From assembly GCA_964187785.1 (NCBI GenBank), contig OZ076409.1:90770001-90834000 (forward strand): 64,000 nt of DNA, given 5' to 3'. The notes under the pieces were generated by a model. The model ran no database searches. It was given only the letters and a program-made list of their open reading frames with translations, and had not been told where the DNA came from. The stretch is from Amphiscolops sp. MND2022. Taxonomy: Eukaryota. Positions 55,601 to 64,000 of this stretch are shown one piece after another (positions within the stretch are counted from its first letter, which is position 1; every line of letters starts with the position of its first letter). The position numbers and the translations under genes are program-made.

Positions 55601-58600
55601 AATTTGTAACAAACAAAGCGTTTCGAGTGTATAGAGGTTTTAGTCGGGGCTGTTTTGTAAAAATTACAAACAAGACTATTACAATGGCAAGTTTTTTTGA
55701 AAGCGTCCACTTTTATAAATTTTCATTAATTTGATATGGTCGTTTGGCCTGGCAGTTAGCGCATTATTCCAGGCCTGGTGACGCAGCTTGAGAACCAGGA
55801 GTACGTGTGTGACATGTGTCATTTAAATATTTTCGCGACATAAAAGTACCTGATCCAACTACGTTAGAATTGCTTAGCCATATTAAAATCGCTTGAACGT
55901 TAAGGTTCTTTCCCACAACAATTTAAACAAGCCCATAGAACACCAATATTCAAGAGTGGCGATCCAGAAAATTACCGACCTATATCAATTACCTCAGCAT
56001 TAGCGAAAAAATTCGAGAAAATACTGAAAGAGCAAATTACTGAACATCTCAACAGAAATTATTTGATTTGTCCCAGTCAGTTCGGTTTTAGAAAGAAAAT
56101 GTCTACATCTAATGCTCTAATTCTTACGACAGAAAAAATTATGGGAAAAATAGAAGAGAATAAAATTGTAGCAGCTGCTTGCCTTGACCTATCAGAAGCG
56201 TTCGATTCAGTTCCCATGAAAAATTGCTACACAAGCTAAAGAAATTCAATCTCAATGATCCGAAGTTTCTTAACATGCCGGATCCAGAAAGTTTGCCTTG
56301 AGACAGTTTGCTCAGATTGGATGAATTTGTATCAAGGTGTTCCACAAGGGAGACTTCTATGTCCTCTGTTGTTTCAATGTTAATGTCAACTCAATGCATC
56401 TGCATGTAACAGAACGAGTAAAAACTGTTTAATATGCAGACGATACCTTTTTGTTCGCTGCGAATGAGGACATTGAAGCCGGAATCAATCAATTAGAAAG
56501 AGTCATAGGAAACTTAATGATATTTTTCGAAAGTCATCAATTGAATTTAAATGCTACTAAAACTGATTTTATCATTTCCTCCAAGCAATCAAAAACAAGA
56601 AAAAAATATGAATTAACTGTTTCAAAGCAAAACGTTAGCCACACCAGAACAATTAAACATCTTGGAATCCTATTAGACGGATATCTTACCTATCAAGTTG
56701 GAGTTACAACTATTCTCAAGAAAACAGCTTGCGGCATAAAAACTCTGTATACGATCAGAGACTTTTTTCCTGAGAAGATTAGAATTTTACTACTCAATGC
56801 TCTTGTAATAAGTAAGTCAACTTCAGTACTCATCTGTTTTACTCATTGGAAATGCCCAACATTTGACGACCACTCTAGAAAAACCACTGATTTGGGGAAT
56901 AAAAGCAATTTTCTACAAACCCAAGTTTGAGTGTTCAAGTGATCTAAAAATAGGACACAAAGAATATCGATACAATATTTGTTAGACTTGAAAAAGCACT
57001 GCTACTTTTGGAAATTGAAAAATCACTTCCTTCCGGCCTATGCCGGAAGTCAAACATTTCTATCTATAAAAATAACCGAATTTGAAAAAAAAACTGAAAA
57101 ACTCGCCCCCAGCATAAGAGCGAAAACTGATTTCGTGAAACAATCGTTTTTCAATGAAGCACCTGCCTTATGGAACACCATACCTAGTGAGATACGAAAA
57201 CAAGTTGACTACTGAAGAAGGATTTAAAAAGGCATTATCTGCAAAAATATGCAGCAGAAGCGGACTATTCAACCAAAAATATTTGAAAATGTTGGCGTAA
57301 GTTCAGATTCTACTAATCATGCACCTGATACTAGGTTAATTAAGGTGTGTTGTTTTTTTTAACATTTTCAAATTTTCACTTCATGTGTACACTACTTATC
57401 TGTTATGGCTTTTTTAGTTTTTATTTTATGATGGGAATGTTGTGTTTTTTATACATTTGAAAAGAAGAATTCAGGAATTTTTGTTTTGCTATGTTTTCTC
57501 AAGTTACAACATTTTGTTAGCAAAGGTAGAGGAAAGACCGTTTGGTGTTTCTTCGGCACTATGCGACTTTTTCTTCTTGATTTTCAAAACAGTAGCCAAC
57601 ATAAAGCGTTTTGCAAGCGTAAAGGTTTTGCCTGTGAAAATTGTTTGTCTTTATGCGACGTTTTGAAGAGTTTTTTAAAGTTAAAATTTTCTGATTTTTC
57701 TACGAAAAATTTATCAAGTTTTTTTAAAGTTTCAAACTGTTTTTTTTGTTTTTTTTTCAAGGTTTTCTGTTAAGGAAAACCATAATTCCAGCCCGAGGCC
57801 TATTTTTGGGGTTTCCCTACTGTTGAATGTTTTCTCAATTATTGTGGAAAAGATCTACGGTTTTTCGGCACTGTCAGCGTTTTTCTCGGAAAAAATTTTT
57901 GATTAAAAGCTACGGATTCACTTTTCGAGAAGTTTTCGGCTTGAATAAAAAAAACGTTTTGTAAACTTGAAAGGTCTCCTTTTGGGTTTTTTTGGCAGTG
58001 AAACTGTTCCAGAAAAAAAAATTTAAATGAAACCATACATTCATTCATTGTTTAGTTTGATGTTTTCGAGTTAGGGAAAAAGCTGTTTTCGAGTCATATG
58101 AGTATCCCTTCAGGTATTGGCGATGTGAATTTGATAAGTTTTTTACAATCGAGTCCGTTAGTTTTAGCACTTTATTCTGTTTGAACTTTGAGCGGTGCGC
58201 CGACTTGGACTGTTCCCGTCTTGTTTAGGTTTCAAGATGATTTTCTTCTGATTTCATCTGTATCAAGATAAAATCATCTGTAACAGATGATTTCATTATT
58301 GAAGAAAAAACTTCTTGAAATCTTTGTGAATTATCTACCATACCCAATATGGTAATATATAGGATTATATGTGGTAGATTTAAATTTGATCCAATGAAAC
58401 CAGCATTCCACTCCAAGATTTGGTTTCATAATGTCAATGTTTTGTCTGGATATGAACTCGGTAGTCAAAAAGAACAAAACCAATGCTATTTATTTATTTA
58501 ATCAATTTATCAGCACTTGATCGGCACGATATGCGAGAATTTGTTTTTGATATTTTGAGTGGTTTTGGAAAAAAATCGTTGTTTGAATCAATTTTACATA

Positions 58601-59165
58601 TTTTTTGAAATAGAATTTTTGATCCATTAAGATCACGCATAGAGCTGCATCGCGGACTTTAAATCGCTATATTTTTCGGTAAGCACTAAACCGCTAATTG
58701 GCCGATTAAGTTTTCCTTCAATCTTGAAGACGTTTAAATTCAATTAAGTTCATTTTGAAATTCAATGAATACTCTGGAAAAATTTGAATTTTTGTTCCTT
58801 TGGGATTTTAATCAATTTCCGCTAGTATGAACCGCTAATCAAATCGCTTTAAAATTGCGAAATGATCGCTAGTTCGCCAGATTGCCGATTAGACGTGTCA
58901 AAACTCTGAACTGTGCATTCAAAACTTGCACCACCAGACGTTTTTACACAAGCGTTAAGAGAAAGGAATGAATAATTACCCGAGCAATTGGTGATAACAT
59001 GAGTTTTAACGCGGTTCTCGTTCAGGAACATGAGTGTGTTTTTCCACCGATTGTTTTCGATGAAGCGACCTTTCAAGACAGAAAGACAGAAATCAGCGTC
59101 AACTTCTGCCAGCGTATTGTCATGAAATGAACTGCCCTCTTTCTGCAGTTTCTCCACCACAGCAT
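13648..59165 (-). CDS. NWD1/NWD2-like NACHT (STAND) protein with N-terminal DUF4062-like domain; exons 59165-58980, 55511-55426, 54438-54161, 29823-29709, 22084-21964, 21530-21423, 21343-21212, 20857-19692, 19284-19129, 18365-18203, 16860-16675, 15030-14909, 14835-14626, 14181-13935, 13875-~13648
   Basis: Phase-compatible GT-AG exons give ~1090 open codons. Motifs follow NWD-family order: DFRVEREVL, YDYWFG, MYGENVLP, WYEQDEQSNPPVFEL, Walker A GDNTSGKT, Walker B LLIVVDQLEKL, GLSEIEILDLLS, DYFRG, YNVRAMNEI. Start exon and WD40 repeats not found in window. Confidence 0.8.
17013..17215. repeat. Terminal fragment of a CCC-ended MITE with cttgcaaga subterminal repeats (related pieces at ~21600-21700 and ~60589-61129)
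   Basis: ccctagttgaaaaaataca terminus followed by tandem tcttgcaaga units; a similar inverted terminus ends ...tatttttgtcttctaggg at 61129. Confidence 0.55.
17268..17774. mobile_element. MITE with CCC..GGG TIRs and 2-bp TSD (CG)
   Basis: TIRs ccctagtcgagattgcttgaactttttacatg / catgtaaaaagttcaagcagttccaaccaggg. The right ~200 bp recurs near-identically at 39704-39907. Confidence 0.7.
19692..20857 (-). CDS. NACHT-domain exon of the NWD-like gene
   Basis: ORF 19668-20900 has FFIVGDNTSGKTTLAA and LLIVVDQLEKL...LEWLPKRF; acceptor at 20858-20859, donor at 19690-19691. Confidence 0.88.
22653..24370 (-). mobile_element. Cluster of three or more Helentron/HINE-type repeats, some with a tRNA-like cassette
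   Basis: Repeated aacaag..gggaacg..agtcggcgc..atctaaggctcaaaaa termini at ~22653, ~23485 and ~23987. Confidence 0.65.
24400..26710 (+). mobile_element. Decayed copy of the same Gypsy family: partial LTR (to 25901), PBS (25902-25914), frameshifted gag
   Basis: ORFs 25625-26206 and 26374-26595 match Gag (NMVTGVLNDSTN, LPVFDGKSE, KMPDHVKEILNRAYLE). LTR blocks match 9345-10830 in reverse. Confidence 0.9.
26712..27865 (-). mobile_element. Two tandem Helentron/HINE-type repeats (26712-27282, ~27290-27865)
   Basis: Termini aacaagctgggaacggcccaagtcggcgc ... gaaaagcgccgactaaa; internal cgttatatccg tandem units. Confidence 0.7.
28835..29558. repeat. Candidate solo LTR (~724 bp)
   Basis: TGTAACG ... 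CGTTACA perfect 7-bp inverted termini around a GC-richer block; no clear TSD. Confidence 0.35.
31010..31363 (-). mobile_element. tRNA-derived CORE-like SINE
   Basis: Near-identical reverse complement of 32322-32670. Confidence 0.85.
31676..31788. repeat. Direct tandem duplication of a ~55-bp unit
   Basis: taaaatatggttcattgctcattatggttcctgtgggcggattccaaatatttcc occurs twice. Confidence 0.9.
32246..41635 (+). CDS. Secreted cysteine-rich protein A (exons 32246-32288, 40028-40246, 41001-41635; 298 aa), possibly tandem cystatin-like domains
   Basis: Signal-peptide exon MRLLLLPFFVAAVF; phase-1 GT-AG introns; same exon structure and 11 aligned Cys as paralog B. Confidence 0.8.
32322..32697 (+). 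mobile_element. Full-length tRNA-derived CORE-like SINE with TSD
   Basis: A box TGGCGTAGTGG, B box GGTTCGAATC, head ending in CCA, CORE-like tgtgaccttgagcaagttactt, 3' stem-loops, (cttca)n tail, flanking acttctagtt duplication. Confidence 0.88.
34388..34564. mobile_element. Small MULE-like MITE with 9-bp TSD (attattttc)
   Basis: Inverted gaataacgtctaa / ttagacgttattc arrays; attattttc at 34379-34387 and 34565-34573. Confidence 0.6.
35345..35437. repeat. ~28-bp minisatellite (ggaataatggaacggtaaatttattttc)
   Basis: About three tandem copies. Confidence 0.8.
36840..37945. repeat. Tandem ~530-bp unit, two copies plus the start of a third
   Basis: ttcctgaagattca.gagtctgcacccaactggtacga recurs at ~36842, ~37379 and ~37899, with aligned internal sequence. 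Confidence 0.85.
38610..38880. repeat. Foldback element containing a perfect 74-bp palindrome (38718-38791)
   Basis: Arms agtttcagttgcagttagagttataaaatactgcaag / exact reverse complement; outer inverted gatcttttctgttaat; a related single arm at ~34968-35062. Confidence 0.8.
40397..40656 (+). mobile_element. 5'-truncated CORE-like SINE (intron 2 of gene A)
   Basis: Matches 32447-32690. Confidence 0.85.
42500..43160. mobile_element. MITE-like element with gacaattcgtccc subterminal repeats and a nested agatcttattcc-repeat element
   Basis: Inverted subterminal repeats at 42515-42557 and 43087-43158. Confidence 0.5.
47791..48403 (+). mobile_element. Intact Helentron/HINE (DINE-1-like) non-autonomous element; other copies near 12960-13327, 16148, 43603, 46900-47431, 48800-49113, 53680-54142, 57500-58226
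   Basis: 5' TTTTTAGTCGGCGC subTIR with nearby inverted ccgact; 3' GCGCCGACT subTIR, short hairpin gacgttcccgtc and CTTGTT end; no TSD. Confidence 0.75.
50200..52683 (+). CDS. Secreted cysteine-rich protein B (exons 50200-50248, 50698-50913, 52058-52683; 296 aa), paralog of A
   Basis: Signal peptide MKLVFFLPFLVAAFAA; phase-1 introns; shared motifs K(M/L)(Y/F)PWFE, TCPxxC, GTQYC, FLKKVSCQWA. Confidence 0.82.
50950..51022 (-). mobile_element. SINE tRNA-like head fragment
   Basis: Reverse complement of the SINE head (tatcaggttcgaacctctctcaactca). Confidence 0.7.
51343..51722 (+). mobile_element. Diverged full-length CORE-like SINE (intron 2 of gene B)
   Basis: A and B boxes and body align to 32322-32697. 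Confidence 0.85.
55850..57320 (+). pseudogene. Decayed non-LTR retrotransposon (CR1/L2-group) reverse transcriptase, 5'-truncated
   Basis: Across frameshifts: PIFKSGDPENYRPISITSALAKKFEK, SQFGFRKK, DLSEAFDSV, QGVPQG, YADDT, IKHLGILLD. Confidence 0.88.
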
Positions 59166-59201
59166 CTGTCAACGAAACAGGTTCAAGGAAGTGTTAGCTA
59201 A

Positions 59202-59783
59202 AACAAGCCGGAAACGGCCCAAGTCGGCGCCATATCAAAGGCTCAAAAATTGTAAAAGGACTTCAAAGTGTCAGTACCCTCTTCTACAGTACCCGAAAAC
59301 CCAAAAGTTGGCAGGACCGAATTGGCGCGCCAGGGGGACGCTTTGAGATTTTTCATCCACTCTGTCGCAAATCATCAAAAAAATTGAAGGGGACCCTTTG
59401 GTGAAAAAAAATGAAAAAAACCTCACAATGCCAAAAAAACTGGAAGAGGAGACCCTTTGGGATTTTTCAACATCCTTTCTGTCAGAAAACTTCAAGAAAA
59501 ATGAAGGGGGACCCTTTGGGGTATTGTTTCCAAAAAAAGTCTCACAATGCCAAAAAAAGCTGATACGGGGACCCTTTAGTCTCGCCCGGTATTTTATGTA
59601 ACGCGGAAAAAAAGGAAAAACGTTTTGGTTCAGTTCCCTGGGCCAACAGGTACAATTTGGCGCCCTAAATGTTTGTTGAACTTTTGGTAGAACTGGTTTC
59701 CGCACTTCAGGTGTATAAAAAACAATGACGAAAAGCCGTGACTATAGTCGACTCTTTTCTAAAGAAAAACGCCGACTAAAAAA
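59202..59783 (-). mobile_element. Intact Helentron/HINE-type element
   Basis: aacaagccggaaacggcccaagtcggcgc ... gaaaaacgccgactaaaaa termini. Confidence 0.75.
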
Positions 59784-62700
59784 GAATGCCAAAGGGAAGG
59801 AAGTTCTTAAAGATGAACTGTTAAAGTTGATGATAATGTCTACTCAGACACAGTTCCCTATTTTAAAAGGCAAATCCGAAGGTGTAATTTTGAGGCCATA
59901 ACGACAACGCATATCAAGCTAAAACTCATATCAGACGACAACTCACATCAAGCGATAATTCATTTCAATTAGAGAAAAACATTGGGTTACAAATGCTCAA
60001 AGTAAACTTCAAAAACATTTTATGATTGACTGAAATTAAAATTAAACATTTTGTTTCAAGTTATTTGTCACTTTATGGGTTCTACTCAAGATTACTTTCT
60101 CTGCAACCCTTCGGATGAAAGTGTTATATTAAAATGTGATTATCCATTGCACTGATATTTACCATGAATTCCTGTTAAAAAACTATAATTTCCAACAATT
60201 GCTAATCAATTACCTAATGTTGTCTAATTATTTAATAAATTATTTGGAATAACTTCTTTCAGCTAATTCTTTTATAGGATTATTTTGTGATGCGAGGTTT
60301 GATTGATATGAATTGTCGCTTGATATGAGTTGTCGTTTTTTCGGTTTAATACGAGTTGTCGCCTGATGTGAGTAGTTGCTTAATACTCGCATAAAATTAA
60401 CAGTTTGATCTGTATAAAATAATGGTCATATTACAACATTGAAGATATTTTAAATTCTTTAACTAAAGAGGACCGACGCTGATCAGTAAAATGATATTTC
60501 GTGGGTGAGTTTCATCACTTGATTTTCATGACAGCAATTTTTCTTTTCAAAGACGATACTTGGATCTTTTCTGTTAATTCAGTCGTCTCCCAGCGTAAAA
60601 TTCTTGAAACTCTTGTCAAGATCTTGCATATTCTTACATATTCCCGTTTACTCCTGAAAACCTTGATAAGATCTTGTTTATTCTTGCTTCACACAAACCT
60701 CTTGAAATTCTTGATAGTATTCTTGTTCAGAGTCTTATCAAGAGTGTGAAGAGTTGCAAAACAAACAGCAATTTTGATTACAAGTACTTTGATGTTGTTC
60801 GCACTATCATTCTTTGAAGTATTTGGTTAATAGGATCGAGCAATCAGCGGTAGGGGAGGTTCGATCTTGAATGACTGCGATTGGGTTTGTTAAATTAAAT
60901 TCCTGGGATTAAGTTTGTTAAATTAGATTCCTGGGATTTAAATTAGATTCCTTGAAAGATTCTGGCAAAACTCGAGCAAGGATTTTTTTTCAATGCAATA
61001 TCTTATAAGGAAAAAGTTTCCCTGAATCGTCTTGCGGGGAAACGTTTTCTTCAAAAAGTTTTCAAGTAACGTTTTGCTGCAAGGATCTCACAAGAGAACT
61101 AGTAAATAATGTATTTTTGTCTTCTAGGGAGCGTCACCCAGCAACAACAGAAAATTCGAACCCCAAAAAAACCTGAAAAAATGAACTCAGTTTACAAAAG
61201 TTTACAAAGAAAAAGCGCTCCCAGCATTTAGTTTTTTTTTGCTTTTGCTCATTCTTCATGGAGTTTTGAGAAACCTTCAACTCGTGTATAATTAAAGACA
61301 AAAACTGAAGGGTTTTGAAACTTACTGAATCCACGTCCAATTTTAGCAGCCATGTTAACGATAAACCAGTATTGCTTTCAAAGCATGTTCTTTGTAATGC
61401 ATAAAGCCATTTTGAGCACAAGCAATTTTAATGGTTAAAGTGAGTTGTGGCGTTTTTAATCATTCTTTTAACGAATAATGTATTGAAATGACGCTTAAAA
61501 ATTATACCAAAACAACCACAACCGCACTTTCAAACCACTTTCTAAACTTCTTATGTTAGAATAAGCAAATGCTGCAGTAGTTGAAAAAAATTTATGTTGA
61601 ACAGACTAACGAAGATATTGTTATAAAGTGTCATGTACTCACAGGGTTAAAATTATTATTTTTATTGGTTAGAGAAATTTAAAAACATAGGCGCTCCTCT
61701 GTTTAGCAGAAAGTTCATTAAAAAATACCCATAAAAGCGCTGTGGACAGTCGTCAAGAGATATTGCGCAAAGGAGACGAATATCATCAAATGTTTATTGG
61801 CATTCGGTAAAAATAGCTGTCGATTGATGAGTTGAATTTGCTTCCATCGGCGACAATCGTTGAATTGGACGGCAGGAGAAATTAGAGTTGATAGTTGAGA
61901 GATTGGAAAAAATGGCAAAGTTGAGATGACATAACCATCAAAATCAACTTCAAAATGAATGAAATTGAGGTATCTCTGATTTTCTTGATTCCTCGTTTTT
62001 GGAGCAGTTCACGTTTTCGAATTTTTTATTTTCCGTTCATACTTCATATTGGAGAACAAAATATTTAAACCAGTTGCTTTTTTTCTACAAAATGTGCCAT
62101 GTTCCAAATTTATATCCAAGTTGAAGAGTTTCACCCATAGAAAACAACTAACGTAAATTGATAATGAATAAGAGAGATTTTTGGACTTTTTGGTTGACCC
62201 CGAAGACCCTAGAATGACCCAAAAATGACCCCAAAAAGACAAATAATGCGAATTTTTCGGACGTTGAAAGTTCTTATGCAGTTTTGGTCAAATTTCCGGG
62301 AGGCTTTGTGGCTTAGAATGATGAAAACAAAACTTTGGAAAAGGAAAAAAATGTCCAAAAGGCCTAATTGAAAAATAAAATGCGTTTTTGAATAAAAAAT
62401 GCCTCAAATTGAGACCAAAACTGACAAAAATTTTAAAACTAAATAAATTTCGAAATGTTTTCCAATTTTCAATAAATCCTCGATAGACTTGGTGGCTTTT
62501 AAAAATGAAAACGTTCAACAAGGAAAACATTATTTGTCCCGAAGGCTTTTGTGAAGTAATAAACGTAACTTTGTTCAGAAAAATGCAACCGAAATTGACG
62601 AAAATTGCAAATATTCCTGTTGTTTTTTGAATAGTTTTATGCAATTATTGTCATATTCGTGAGAGACTTCAAAGACTACAACCCTGAAAAACAACAGACT

Positions 62701-63359
62701 TTGTTGTTCTGTAGGCTTTTCAAAGAGATGAATGCAGCTTTTACAGAGAAATAGGCTTAATTTGACAGAAATTAGTCGAAAGTTTCAAAAAATTCCAAGT
62801 TGTTTAGTTTTTGATGCTGTTTGAAGACATTTTATGGGAGCTAGAAGGATCAAAACAATCAAACACGAATCGCCTAGTTTTGTAGTATCCCTTTGTTAAA
62901 CGAAAAATGTATTATTTTTCACCCGAAACACATCAAAACGTGCCTGTTGCGTCGGTAAAGAGAAAAGTTCATTTTTTGAGGTTTTTGTGCAACTTTTGTG
63001 ATTTTTTGGACAATTCCGAGGATTCAACTGTTAGAATTGTTCAAAAACAATTGAACTAGATCTCCAGTTAGAAGAGATGCTTGCAGAATTGTGTTTGGAA
63101 AATGCCTCAATTTGACAAGAAAAAGGAAAAAGATTCAATGTTTCCGGTTTTTGACAATTTTACTGACCGTTTGTGGAACGTTTCGCGAGTTTTGTGGTTC
63201 TAAAGCTCCAGAAGGTTTATCAAGCTATGCAGTAACATTTTAAAGGAAAACATTGTGTTTTTCCAAGTAGAACATTATCACAGAATGACACAAAGAAGTC
63301 GAAAAACCGAAACGTTTCCGGATTTAGTGTTTTGGGAATTTTCGTTTGTTTGATGAACG

Positions 63360-64000
63360 AAAACATTCACTAGCAACAAAAGAGTTTTTTTGGAAGTCAA
63401 AGGAATTCCCAAAAATGTCGTATATCACAAACTTGGAATGAACCCAAACAGGGCTTTTTCGCATACAACGGATTTTGCAGAAAAATTACAACAAAGGACG
63501 AAAAACATCCCTATCGACGAAACGATGAAAGACATAATGCACTCATACCTAAAATACAAAAAGTATAAATACTGAAACGCCAGAGCAGCCCCGTTGAAAG
63601 AAAAAAATTTTTGATTATCTTACAACCCAAAGCCAAAAGTCAAGGATCGAAAATACCGCTCAGGGACTACAGATCGATTCGACAAATATAAACAAAATAG
63701 TGCTACCCAATGAAAATTATATTGTGAGGCCGTTGAATACTAATAAATTGCAAATACTACATCGAAACAGGCTCAAAGCAAATACTACATCGAAACAGGC
63801 TCAAAAATTTTCCACGAATACGCCCTTAGAAAATAAATATATTGGAGAGAAGTCGCAGTCAGGCGACGAGGTTATTTTACCGCAAGACGTTGTATATACC
63901 ATCTCGTGGAAGCAGACTTTGATTATGAAATATTTGAGTTGAGAAGGAACGACGATCTACATGGGACTGCGTCACAATAAAACTAAATTAAAAGCAGCGT
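63360..64000 (+). pseudogene. Decayed Gypsy integrase C-terminus/GPY-F region, related to the element at 3314-4000
   Basis: KLGMNP..DFAEKLQQ..IMHSYLKYKKY and VLPNENYIVR..QILHRNRLK align with KLGLKP..DELQKQ..LMQSYLKYRRY and VLSNNNYVVR..QTLHRIRLR. Confidence 0.8.

Noticed and set aside
61718..61932. Candidate first exon of the NWD-like gene
   Set aside because: No stop-free frame from an ATG to a phase-compatible donor could be built.
61642..62686. Possible hAT-like element with cagggtt/aaccctg ends
   Set aside because: TIR only ~7 bp and no 8-bp TSD.

Overview
AT-rich, repeat-dense eukaryotic (invertebrate animal-like) genomic DNA with spliceosomal introns; it is not prokaryotic. (1) 1-11520: a minus-strand Ty3/Gypsy LTR retrotransposon. 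It has a 2.2-kb 5' LTR (9345-11520), a tRNA-Leu-like PBS inside the gag ORF, an A-AAA-AAC -1 frameshift site and PR-(dUTPase-like)-RT-RH-IN. Downstream of pol, where the 3' LTR would be expected, lies an intact ANTISENSE four-exon gene (63-2934, 5' end outside the window) encoding an NLS/zinc-finger protein that looks like a catalytically dead hAT-transposase derivative. The LTR contains a conserved inverted motif pair suggesting a bidirectional promoter. (2) A divergent NWD1/NWD2-type (DUF4062-like + NACHT) host gene on the minus strand, at least 15 exons over ~13.6-59.2 kb. (3) Two paralogous three-exon genes for ~297-aa secreted Cys-rich proteins, possibly tandem degenerate cystatin folds, nested antisense in the 24-kb intron of that gene. 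(4) Many non-autonomous elements (Helentron/HINE-type repeats, some with a tRNA-like Pol III cassette; tRNA-derived CORE-like SINEs; CCC..GGG MITEs with 2-bp TSD; MULE-like MITEs), a decayed CR1/L2-type LINE and two further Gypsy remnants. All gene models and homology calls were made by eye; no database searches were run.
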